In this document: positions 7,233 to 16,344 of the stretch, in pieces | How positions within the stretch are numbered: the stretch's first letter is position 1 | Layout of the letters: every line of letters begins with the position of its first letter | Assembly (NCBI GenBank): GCA_046540175.1 | Contig: JBKHFO010000003.1 | Coordinates: forward strand, 1-43,841 | DNA: 43,841 bases | Origin: Candidatus Hydrogenedentota bacterium | Lineage (GTDB): Bacteria; Hydrogenedentota; Hydrogenedentia; Hydrogenedentales; SLHB01 | Reading direction: 5' to 3' | Program-made: the position numbers and the translations under genes | The notes under the pieces: model-generated | Database searches by the model: none | What the model saw: the letters and a program-made list of their open reading frames with translations, nothing else | Told to the model about the DNA's origin: nothing

Positions 7233-9455
7233 ATGCACATCACCTCGCAAGCGTATAAGAGAACCAACTTGTCTCGGAACAATTGCAGCGGGATGGCTCT
7301 CGTCTTTGCCCTGCTCGTTATCATGATCATCGCCACAGCAGTTACGGTCACAACACAACGCGTGCTGAATGAACGACGCATCGCCGATGCCGGGGTCCGC
7401 GAGATCTTTCTTGAGGAGGCTTGCCGAGCTGGCATCGATCTGACCATCGAGCAGATTTGGAATCAGTATATACACGGATTGGGTAACACCACGGGCAATC
7501 TTTCATCCTATCGAGTCTTTATTGATGATATCGTGGAGCACAACGAGGATCTTAGCTCCAACGGAACCCAAGACGGAAACGAATACGATTCCAACGGGAA
7601 TGGGGTCTTCGACATCGCTACACCAGTTATACTTATCGATGAAGACACGCCGTATTCCCTGCCTAGTGGTGGCGAGGTGATACGGCTTACCCTGGAACGC
7701 ACGGACGACCTAACAGGGACCACCATTACGATCCGTTCCACAGGCCGGATGCAGGGACACACTCGTACAGCGGTTCAGACGGTGCGTGTCGGAGGGGAGC
7801 CCTTTGATGGTTTCGATTACGCGGTATTAGCTAACAACATCAACTGTATTCTTTGCCATGCGGAGTTTCGCTCTCTCCATATGCACCGTAACGAAAACTC
7901 GCAGAGGTGGGGATCGTTCGACCGTGTCAAGATCGCATCTCTTGAATCACTGATGATTCGCCCAACCGGCAGCGATTCGGCATACAGTAATGTCGCTGGA
8001 ACCGTCTATACCCGCGGCGAGGTATACGATCCGAAAGGCCGCTCCATAGACCAGGATGGGCTAGCCTCATCAACGTTCGGAGGATATATCTTCGACAGAA
8101 CGAACGGCAAGCTTCATCAAGACTCACAGGGAGACATGGTAGCCACATCTTTGGTTAAGGCTTCCTTAGATGAAGACGGCTTGCCAGAACAGTTCGCCAA
8201 TTTTTATCGAAATTATCCCACAGAAACTCAAGCAATGACAGACGGGAATCTGCCCGACTCCTTTCCTTCTCCTTTTCCCAATGAAGATGGAAGCCGCACC
8301 GTTACCGCCAGCGACTTTTCTCAAGTTATGAACGCAGCCAACGGTTCGATTTCAGGTGGTGTGGCTTATGGTGTACCGCATGGAGCCGCCTATTCCGATA
8401 ATGCATTGCCAAGTGCATCCAACAGTGCAGTCAATGACCTCGAAAACGGGAACTACGAGGGCAACCTTATCTTGACAGGAACCGAGGATAATCCTATCGT
8501 CATCGATCAGTCGGTGGCGGTAAACGGGGATCTAATCGTTGAGGGGCCGATTAAGGGCGAGGGACAGTTGCTTGTACGCAACAATGTGTACGTAACCGGT
8601 GATGTAACCTATGCTGACGCCGAGGGCAAGTTCGGAGAGGCGGCTGACGGCGAAACCAACGCTTTGGCTGTCACTGCAGGGGGAAGCATCATGATGGGCG
8701 ACTATTTGACCATTCGATCCAAGAATAACGAAGGGGACAATGGGCGCTGGCAAGGGCGTTTCATTGATGTACGCGAACCCCACAAGACGGTTGACATGAA
8801 CAACGGTGAGACAACCGAGGTAGGCTATTTTGATGAAGGCGTAGTCGATGCGGGCTTTCCCCAAGGTGACGAAGGCATGTTTAGTTTTACCACTTCGGAG
8901 CTAATGATATTCAACCGAATGGAATACCTAAAAGCGCAAAGCGACTCAAATTATGTACCGAGGTACTATCGGCTTCGTCCGTCTCAGCCGATTTACCAGT
9001 ACACAGGTAACGAAGAACACGCTATCTCCTACTTTGATCCCGGCGTAGAATTGGTGCCAGACCTCACGGACGCGGTGATTCATGATCTAAATCCATCGGA
9101 TTTCTGGATATCCGAAGACCAACTTCGCGAGTTCTGGTACGCGGACGAAATGCAACGGACCTCCGGCCCGGATCCTTTTCGATTTGATGGGCTGCTTTAC
9201 AGTAACAACAGCGTCTTCGCACTGACGCGCAGTAAAGGACGACACAATTCAAACACGTTCGGACAGATGATTGTGCGCGGAGGCATCGTGGCCGCGGATT
9301 TAGGCATGCTGATACCAGGCGCCGATTTTAACGTCCCGCGCGATGCGCTTCGCGTGTACTACGATCCACGTGTCGCCGATTTCCTTCGCGTGGAAGATAC
9401 GTCCGAGGTTGAATTTCGCAGGCAAATTTTTCGCAATACAGGGAGGATGCTGTAA
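7233..9455 (+). CDS. Large PilX/GspK-like minor pilin with extended C-terminal domain
   Basis: G|MALVFALLVIMII (no Glu5, as in PilX/GspK); ITIRSTG and FDYAVL PilX-like motifs; CILCH motif; repeated GNL/GDL/GDV beta-solenoid turns; terminal YYDPR. Confidence 0.82.
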   Translation: MHITSQAYKRTNLSRNNCSGMALVFALLVIMIIATAVTVTTQRVLNERRIADAGVREIFLEEACRAGIDLTIEQIWNQYIHGLGNTTGNLSSYRVFIDDIVEHNEDLSSNGTQDGNEYDSNGNGVFDIATPVILIDEDTPYSLPSGGEVIRLTLERTDDLTGTTITIRSTGRMQGHTRTAVQTVRVGGEPFDGFDYAVLANNINCILCHAEFRSLHMHRNENSQRWGSFDRVKIASLESLMIRPTGSDSAYSNVAGTVYTRGEVYDPKGRSIDQDGLASSTFGGYIFDRTNGKLHQDSQGDMVATSLVKASLDEDGLPEQFANFYRNYPTETQAMTDGNLPDSFPSPFPNEDGSRTVTASDFSQVMNAANGSISGGVAYGVPHGAAYSDNALPSASNSAVNDLENGNYEGNLILTGTEDNPIVIDQSVAVNGDLIVEGPIKGEGQLLVRNNVYVTGDVTYADAEGKFGEAADGETNALAVTAGGSIMMGDYLTIRSKNNEGDNGRWQGRFIDVREPHKTVDMNNGETTEVGYFDEGVVDAGFPQGDEGMFSFTTSELMIFNRMEYLKAQSDSNYVPRYYRLRPSQPIYQYTGNEEHAISYFDPGVELVPDLTDAVIHDLNPSDFWISEDQLREFWYADEMQRTSGPDPFRFDGLLYSNNSVFALTRSKGRHNSNTFGQMIVRGGIVAADLGMLIPGADFNVPRDALRVYYDPRVADFLRVEDTSEVEFRRQIFRNTGRML

Positions 9456-10360
9456 TGAAATGGCATACGTATACGTCTTTCGTGTTACTCTTCTTCGCGC
9501 TCGTGGGACCCGCCACCGCTGACACCATTCACCTCCAAAGCGGGGCCTCTCTAGACGGCAAGCTCGAAGAACTCAACCAACACGCCGTTGCCCTCGTAAC
9601 ACCGAACGGACGGATGGTTTTTCAGCGAAACACAATTGAGCGGATTGAAGAGAACGATCGGCAGGGAGACACCGGCGAAGCTTCCCCGAACCCTATGGCT
9701 AAGCTTCACGAGGAACGGCTCGATAGGATTACCGGTCTGAACGCCGAGCAAAGGGCTCGGGTTAGGCAACTGATTGAGCCCTTGCGCTTGGCGGATTCCC
9801 CCCGTCGAAAAGCTGCTGTACGAGCGTTGGTGGCCTATGGTGCGGAGAATCCCATTTACGACTTCATTGAATACAACTTGAAGTTTATGAGTCAGCGATT
9901 CGCACCTGATTTGCTCACCGTGCTGGTGGCACTAGACGAAGAGCGCGCCCAGCCTTTAGTGCGGGCGCGGGTTGAAGATGTATTTACCCAGGTGCGAGAG
10001 CGGGCGATCGAACTGCTTGCACAAACCGAAGGCAAAGGCGCTGTCCGCCTCATTGCGCGTGGCGCTATCGACTACCATGCCGATGTCCGGATGCGCGCCT
10101 TGTCCGCCCTTGGGAAACTAGACGCCCGCAGGGCTACGCCCGTACTATTGCACGGCCTGAACAGCGGCGATCGGCGTGTTGCCAATGCGGCCCGCCGCGC
10201 ACTCGAGGACATATGGAATACAGAGCACGAAGAGGACACCGAATGGTCTAGCTTCTGGGAAAGCCGCCGTGATTCGTTAACAAATCCTCTCCAACCTGAA
10301 GAACTGGATCCTTTGGTTGACGAACAACCAAAAGAAACAGCTACCTATCATTACGAGTAA
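9455..10360 (+). CDS. Secreted HEAT-repeat protein
   Basis: Signal peptide ending ATA-DTIHLQSG; repeats VRERAIELL, VRMRALSALG, VANAARRAL; TAATG coupling to the PilX-like gene. Confidence 0.85.
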   Translation: MKWHTYTSFVLLFFALVGPATADTIHLQSGASLDGKLEELNQHAVALVTPNGRMVFQRNTIERIEENDRQGDTGEASPNPMAKLHEERLDRITGLNAEQRARVRQLIEPLRLADSPRRKAAVRALVAYGAENPIYDFIEYNLKFMSQRFAPDLLTVLVALDEERAQPLVRARVEDVFTQVRERAIELLAQTEGKGAVRLIARGAIDYHADVRMRALSALGKLDARRATPVLLHGLNSGDRRVANAARRALEDIWNTEHEEDTEWSSFWESRRDSLTNPLQPEELDPLVDEQPKETATYHYE

Positions 10361-10749
10361 GATGCGACACAAAGCACGGCAACGCCGGCCTCCCTATCGG
10401 AATTCGTAATGCTAATACAAGAATTCCAATGGCCTGCATTGGCGCACGCATGCAACTTAATGGGATTCCTCTAGCTTTACCCCGTCTATTTTCGATTATA
10501 TCGAAAATACTAGAATTTCTAGCAACTTGCTACCTTTATTCGAGAGCTGTCACGGGCCGTTGCAGAACGGCGCGTTTCGCGTTCCGGCATCCCGGTAGGA
10601 CTCGACGCCTCCGCTCCGGCCAATGGCACGCCTTTTGGAACGCCTAATGCAAACTGAAGATCGCCGCACATAATACATATACTTCAACGTATAGGCATTT
10701 CTGAAGTCCTTTCTTGTTAATAAAAGGAAACAGAGTTGTCCCCGTATTG

Positions 10750-11382
10750 TCACAGTTCTTTGATGCGGACATTCCGATACCAGACCCGTTTGGCTTCGTC
10801 CTGAAAGCTGATGTAGCCCTCGGACGGGCGATCCTTCATCGCTGATTCACTGAGGTCCAGGTCGATGATTTGTTCGCCGTTGAGGACGACCTTCAGCCTG
10901 TTGTCGATCACGGTGATCCTATATCGATTCCATTCGCCCGCGGGCTTCACCATGTTCTTGGATGGAGCAGCCGTGTTGATTACCCCGCCGCAATCGTGGG
11001 GCCCTACGTTTTCCTTGCCGTGGGTATCGAGGATCTGAACTTCTATACCGTTATCGACCTGATCCTTGGGGTCCCCGACCCGCAGAAAGACGCCGGAATT
11101 GCCGTTCTCCTCGAACTTGAATTCCAGTTCCAGAATGAAGTTGCCGTATTTGCGCTCCGTAGTGAGGTAGTCCCCGTAACGCTGCCATCCTTGTTCCCCC
11201 GGTCTGGGTTTCAGGGTGATGACGTTGTCTTCCTCAACGATCCAGTTCCCCGTCGTGTTCCATCCGCTCAGATCCTTGCCGTTGAACATCGGAACAAATT
11301 CCGCTATGTCGCTGGCCCAAACATTGGTGGACAGGAGAAGAGTTCCTGTCACTACGCTAATAATGATTCTCTTTGTGTTCAT
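10750..11382 (-). CDS. DUF1080 / 3-keto-disaccharide hydrolase family secreted protein
   Basis: MFNGKDLSGW, GNSGVFLR, EVQILD, GEWN, GYISFQD, YRNVRIKEL; signal peptide. Confidence 0.92.
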   Translation of the reverse strand: MNTKRIIISVVTGTLLLSTNVWASDIAEFVPMFNGKDLSGWNTTGNWIVEEDNVITLKPRPGEQGWQRYGDYLTTERKYGNFILELEFKFEENGNSGVFLRVGDPKDQVDNGIEVQILDTHGKENVGPHDCGGVINTAAPSKNMVKPAGEWNRYRITVIDNRLKVVLNGEQIIDLDLSESAMKDRPSEGYISFQDEAKRVWYRNVRIKEL

Positions 11383-11609
11383 TGTCTATCCTTTACTAAC
11401 CGTAGCTCAACCTTTGCCATTGATCTTAGATACTTGGAACCTGAATCCAGCATAGACGCAGATACACGTCGACAAACTATACGGTCCCCAAACCGTCTCG
11501 TAAGGTTTTGGGCGCGGGGTAGCGTTTGGACCATCGCCCGTTTTTTCGCCGATTCGCCCGCACCTCCCCACACCCTTTAGGGAAGGTGCGTTTATCATGG
11601 TTTCCGGCG

Positions 11610-12503
11610 TCAACGCTCTTCGATCACCGCGTTTTCCCGCAGCCCGTCGATGAATTCATCGAGAATGCGCTTGCGTTCGTCTTCCTTTATTTGCCCGGCG
11701 ATCCGTTCCTTGACATCCTCGAAGGGGACCGGTCCCGCCGGTTTGTGTTCGTACACGGTGGCGATGTGGTAGCCGAATTCGGTCTCGAACACCTCGCTGA
11801 TCTCACCCGGCTTGAGCGAGAACACAATCTTCTCGAAACTCTCCACCATCCGGCCGCGCGTAAACCAGCCAAGATCGCCTCCCCCGTCGTCGCACTGAGA
11901 ATGCTCCCGGGCGACGGCCGCGAAATCCGCCCCTTCAGTCGCCTTGCGCCGAACCTCGACCATCTCCATGAAGCACTCGTCCTTGGAGCTGCCGGGCGCG
12001 GGTTGGCGGACGATATGGGCGGCGTGGACAGCCTCGGGCGCCATGAAGTTGGACCGGTTGGCGTCGTAGTACTCCCGGCACGCCTCTTCGCTCGGCTCTT
12101 CAATGCCGGCGTACAACTCCTCCGATAGCCGATCAAACAGCAGCTCATCGCGCACGCTCTCCTGGATGCGGCGCAATTCGTCCTCGCTCAGCTCCCGCTC
12201 ATCATTGCCTTGTTTACGCAATTCCTCGACGCGGGCGTTCACTTCATCTTCGGAGACCTCACAGCGTTTCCGGGCCTCCTGAAGGAGCAAGGTCTGCTCA
12301 ATGGCGTTCTCCCGGGCTTCCCGCCGAATGCGCGTGTCTGGCACGCTGCCGCGTCCCATCGCCTGGTTGTAGCCTTGGCGCAAGCTTTGGGCATGCGCAT
12401 CCAGCACGTGCGGCTCGATCTTCTCCCCGTTAACATACAATGCCGTGGCGGCCTCCGCGCCGCCCCTTCCCGTCTTGCTCTCTGTCGCGCCTTTGTTTGC
12501 CAT
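11610..12503 (-). CDS. PpiC/parvulin-type peptidyl-prolyl isomerase with SurA-N-like region
   Basis: VHAAHIV, FAAVAREHS, GGDLGWF, GEISEVFETEFGYHI motifs. Confidence 0.92.
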   Translation of the reverse strand: MANKGATESKTGRGGAEAATALYVNGEKIEPHVLDAHAQSLRQGYNQAMGRGSVPDTRIRREARENAIEQTLLLQEARKRCEVSEDEVNARVEELRKQGNDERELSEDELRRIQESVRDELLFDRLSEELYAGIEEPSEEACREYYDANRSNFMAPEAVHAAHIVRQPAPGSSKDECFMEMVEVRRKATEGADFAAVAREHSQCDDGGGDLGWFTRGRMVESFEKIVFSLKPGEISEVFETEFGYHIATVYEHKPAGPVPFEDVKERIAGQIKEDERKRILDEFIDGLRENAVIEER

Positions 12504-12828
12504 TTAAACCGTCCTCTTTCACGCGCCTATGACCAGCGCGTCCTCAATACGGGAGATACTCCCTCGTGTGTACAGCGTCTTATGGGGAATCGCCTTAACT
12601 CGCAACGCCCCCTATCTAACCATAGCCGGTTCCCGTAGTACAAACCATATGGGCAACAGTTTAACACACGGCCTCCGGATCGCCATGCAGGAGATTCCCG
12701 GGTTGAGTACGTTTTTGATACATAGAAGCGAAAAGTCATACACTACCCCAGCGGACCGGCTTGCTGGGAGGGTCTTGCGGGAGTTAAAAAAAGGCGTGGC
12801 GGACCGCAAACCTAGAAGGAGTGTACAT

Positions 12829-14418
12829 ATGTTCAGCCGATGCTTCCCCCTCGTTTTGTCGAACGCTCTCACGTTGGCGCTGTTGCCCAGTGTCCTCGCG
12901 CTGGCGGGGGCCGTCCCTGCCGTGGCGGAGGACGCGGAAACGCTGTCGTTCACGATCCGCGAACGGCAGCCCGCGGACGAAGCCCTTGGCGGATTCCGTG
13001 TCACGCATGAGCGCACCCAGTGGGATCCCGCCAAGACGGCCGCAGTGGTCTGCGACATGTGGGACGAGCACTGGTGCGAGGGAGCGGCCCGCCGCGTGGC
13101 CGAAATGGCGCCCCGAATGAATGAACTGTTGAACACGCTCCGGGACCAGGGAGTGCTTATCATCCATGCCCCCAGCGGGACCATGGACCATTACGAGGGG
13201 ATGCCGCAACGCGAACGCGCCCAAGCCGCGCCGCCCGTGGAGACGGAGGTCCCGGTGGAGCATTGGATGGGCCTCGACCCGGAGCGGGAAGCGCCGCTGC
13301 CCATCGACGACTCGGATGGCGGCTGCGGCTGCGAACCCCAGTGCGAGCAAGGAAATCCGTGGAGCCGTCAGATCGCGGCCATCGAGATCGCGGAGGAAGA
13401 CGCCGTAACCGACAGCGCCGAGGCGTATTACCTTATGCGGGAGCGCGGCATCGAGAACGTCTTCGTCATGGGCGTCCACACCAATATGTGCGTGCTTGGC
13501 CGTCCGTTCGCCATCCGCCAAATGGTGACGCAGGGGCAGAACACCGTGTTGGTGCGGGACATGACGGACGCCATGTACAATCCCCGGATGGAGCCGCGCG
13601 TCCCCCACGCCGCGGGAACGGACCTCGTGGCCGCGCACATCGAGAAGTACTGGTGTCCGTCCACCACATCGGCGTACTTCGTGGGGCAACCGCCGTTCCG
13701 TTTCGCCGAGGACGAGCGACCCCACATCGCGCTTATCGCGTCGGAAGATGAGTATCGCGCCGAAGACACCCTGCCCGGGTTCGGCCGGGAACTGCGCGAT
13801 GACCACGGCTTCAAGGTGAGCATGCTGCACGCCAACCCGGACGATCGCCACGACGTGCCCGGCATGGAGGCGCTTTACGGCGCGGACGCCGTCATCTTGT
13901 ACGCGCGGCGCCATGCCCTCAGACCCAACCAGATGGAGGCCTTGCGTGACTACCTCGCCGCGGGTAAACCGCTTATTGCCCTGCGCACGTCAAGCCATGC
14001 TTTCGACATACGGGGCGAGACGCCGGACGATCGCGTGGATTGGCCCGAGTTCGACGGCGAAGTGCTGGGCGGCAGCTATTCCGGCCATCATGGCTCCGAC
14101 ACGACCACCCGCGTGGATGTGGCCCCCGATGCTGGGGACCACCCGTTGCTCGACGGCGTCGAGCTTCCATTTGACAGCGCATCATGGCTCTACAAAGCCA
14201 GCCCGATCGCGGACTCCGCCGCCCCCTTGCTTCAAGGCGAAGTGCGCGAGCGCGAGGAGGAGCCGGAACCGGTGTTATGGACCCACACGTACGGAGACAG
14301 CCTCGTGGTCTACACGTCGCTGGGCCATCCCGAGGACTTCGGGAACGACAGCTTTGTCCAGCTTTTGCGCAATGCCGTATTCCACGTGTTGGAGAAACAG
14401 CCTCGCCCGCGAACATGA
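12829..14418 (+). CDS. Secreted isochorismatase/cysteine-hydrolase domain fused to ThuA-like domain
   Basis: AAGGAG RBS before ATG 12829; signal peptide; VVCDMWD and GVHTNMCV motifs; C-terminal LRTSSHAF...YTSLGHPEDF. Confidence 0.85.
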   Translation: MFSRCFPLVLSNALTLALLPSVLALAGAVPAVAEDAETLSFTIRERQPADEALGGFRVTHERTQWDPAKTAAVVCDMWDEHWCEGAARRVAEMAPRMNELLNTLRDQGVLIIHAPSGTMDHYEGMPQRERAQAAPPVETEVPVEHWMGLDPEREAPLPIDDSDGGCGCEPQCEQGNPWSRQIAAIEIAEEDAVTDSAEAYYLMRERGIENVFVMGVHTNMCVLGRPFAIRQMVTQGQNTVLVRDMTDAMYNPRMEPRVPHAAGTDLVAAHIEKYWCPSTTSAYFVGQPPFRFAEDERPHIALIASEDEYRAEDTLPGFGRELRDDHGFKVSMLHANPDDRHDVPGMEALYGADAVILYARRHALRPNQMEALRDYLAAGKPLIALRTSSHAFDIRGETPDDRVDWPEFDGEVLGGSYSGHHGSDTTTRVDVAPDAGDHPLLDGVELPFDSASWLYKASPIADSAAPLLQGEVREREEEPEPVLWTHTYGDSLVVYTSLGHPEDFGNDSFVQLLRNAVFHVLEKQPRPRT

Positions 14419-14564
14419 ACCACGAAGAAGGCCGCCACACGCCTCAGCCCGTTTCCGTGGCGGCGCGGCAACCGCATATAATGAAGGGGAAGAACGATCC
14501 CAACAACTTGGGGCTCATTCCCTTTTGCTACGCCAACTGAACACCAATGAAGGAAACTCCATCT

Positions 14565-16190
14565 ATGCGTTCGATTCTGTCTTGCTGTCTCGCGGCGGGC
14601 GCCGCCGCATTGTTTTTGACCGCCTGTGAACCAGGCGAAACCCGCGTGGAGCGAGGTACGCAGGAGGGCATCCTCCACTGGGGCAACGGCGCCGAGCCCC
14701 AGGGCCTTGATCCCCATCTCGTCACGGGCGTGCCCGAGCACATGATCCTCGCGGGATTGTTCGAGGGCTTGGTCATCATGGATCCAGAAACCCTGGAGCC
14801 CTTACCCGGCGTGGCGGAATCGTGGGACATCAGCGAGGATGATCTCGTCTACACGTTTCATCTGCGAGACGACGCCCGCTGGTCCAACGGGGATCCCGTC
14901 ACCGCCCACGACTTCGTGTATGCGTGGAATCGCATTCTTGCGCCGGAACTCGGCAGCGAATACGCCTACATGCTGCATTGCATCGAAAACGCGGAGGCCT
15001 ACAACGAGGGCGATCTCGATGACTTCGGCGAGGTAGGCGTGCAAGCGCTGGACGATCAAACGCTGGAGGTGACCCTCGAGGATCCCACGCCGTACTTCCT
15101 CGCCTTGCAGATTCACTACACGTTTTACCCCGTTCATCAAGACACCATCGAGGCGTTCGGCGCCATGGACGAGCGGGGCACGGAGTGGACCCGCGCGGGC
15201 AACATGGTCTCGAACGGTCCCTTTGAGCTAACCGAGTGGCAACCCAACCAAGTCATCCGCACGAAGGCCAACGAGCACTATTGGGACGCCGGAACGGTTC
15301 AACTCAACGGCGTCAACTTCTATCCCATCGACGACTTGCAGACCGAGGAGCGGTCCTTCCGGAACGGCGAACTGCACTGGACCGGCGATATGCCGATCAA
15401 CCGCATCGACTGGTACCGCAAGAACCGGCCCGAGGTCTTGGAGATCAACCCCTATCTCGGCACGTACTACTTCCGGTTCAACGTGACCAGGCCGCCCTTG
15501 GATGATGCGCGGGTCCGCCGCGCCTTTGCCATGGCTATTGATCGCGAGGGTATTGTCGAGAACATTACGAGGGGGGACGAGCAACCAGCCGCTCACCTCA
15601 CCCCGCCGGACACCGAAGGGTTCCTCCCAGGGCCGGAGCTTCCGTACGATGTCGAGCGCGCGCAGGAACTGCTGGCGGAGGCGGGCTATCCCGATGGCGA
15701 GGGGCTGCCATCCGTGGATCTGCTCTACAATACAAGCGAGAATCACCGCATTATCGCTCAGGCCATCCAGAATATGTGGCGGAACAACCTCGGCGCCAAG
15801 GTCAATCTGCTCAACCAAGAGTGGACGGTCTACCTTTCGTCGATGAGCAACCTGAATTACGACATCGCACGCGCGGGCTGGATCGGCGACGTAAACGACC
15901 CTATCAACTTTCTGGAATGTTTCGTGACGGATGGAGGAAACAACCGGACAGGCTACAGTTCGGAAGAGTACGACAGTCTCATCGCGGCCGCCCGGCGCGA
16001 GGCGGATCCCCAACGCCGCTCCGAGATCCTTCGGGAAGCCGAGACCATTTTGATGGAGGACGCGCCCATCGCCCCCTTGTATTTCTATACTCGCAAGAAT
16101 CTGCGGTCCCCTGATCTCCGGGGATTCGAGCCTAATATCCGGGGCTATGTGAACTACAAGTTCCTCTACCTTGAGGCGGAAGACGAGTAA
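14565..16190 (+). CDS. oppA: Peptide ABC transporter substrate-binding lipoprotein (OppA-like)
   Basis: Lipobox LTAC; EPQGLDP, PGVAESW, WSNGDPVTAHDF, SNGPF, YDIARAGWIGD motifs; start 14547 or 14565. Confidence 0.92.
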   Translation: MRSILSCCLAAGAAALFLTACEPGETRVERGTQEGILHWGNGAEPQGLDPHLVTGVPEHMILAGLFEGLVIMDPETLEPLPGVAESWDISEDDLVYTFHLRDDARWSNGDPVTAHDFVYAWNRILAPELGSEYAYMLHCIENAEAYNEGDLDDFGEVGVQALDDQTLEVTLEDPTPYFLALQIHYTFYPVHQDTIEAFGAMDERGTEWTRAGNMVSNGPFELTEWQPNQVIRTKANEHYWDAGTVQLNGVNFYPIDDLQTEERSFRNGELHWTGDMPINRIDWYRKNRPEVLEINPYLGTYYFRFNVTRPPLDDARVRRAFAMAIDREGIVENITRGDEQPAAHLTPPDTEGFLPGPELPYDVERAQELLAEAGYPDGEGLPSVDLLYNTSENHRIIAQAIQNMWRNNLGAKVNLLNQEWTVYLSSMSNLNYDIARAGWIGDVNDPINFLECFVTDGGNNRTGYSSEEYDSLIAAARREADPQRRSEILREAETILMEDAPIAPLYFYTRKNLRSPDLRGFEPNIRGYVNYKFLYLEAEDE

Positions 16191-16223
16191 GAACCGGCGG
16201 AAGCGAGAACCTTTATCACCAAC

Positions 16224-16253
16224 AACAGCGCCCCCGCGCGGGGCACTGTTTTT
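16224..16253 (+). terminator. Rho-independent terminator after oppA
   Basis: AACAGCGCCCC/GGGGCACTGTT stem followed by a T tract. Confidence 0.6.
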
Positions 16254-16344
16254 CCCGCGCCTTCGCGTGAGAGGAAGCCCCGCCTCTTGCGAAGGCGCAA
16301 AGACGCGAAGAAAACCGCGCCCCGCCATCAACCAAGGGCCGGGG

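Noticed and set aside
10623-10639. TGGCACGCCTTTTGG sigma54-like motif
   Set aside because: The -12 element reads GG, not GC, and there is no downstream plus-strand gene
11480-11580. Possible IS end flanking the DUF1080 gene
   Set aside because: No matching inverted partner, target duplication or transposase remnant found
12529-12828. 100-aa N-terminal extension of the isochorismatase ORF (likewise the track's longer starts for the sigma54 regulator, kinase, GT2 and GT4)
   Set aside because: RBS, signal peptide and domain boundaries support the downstream starts
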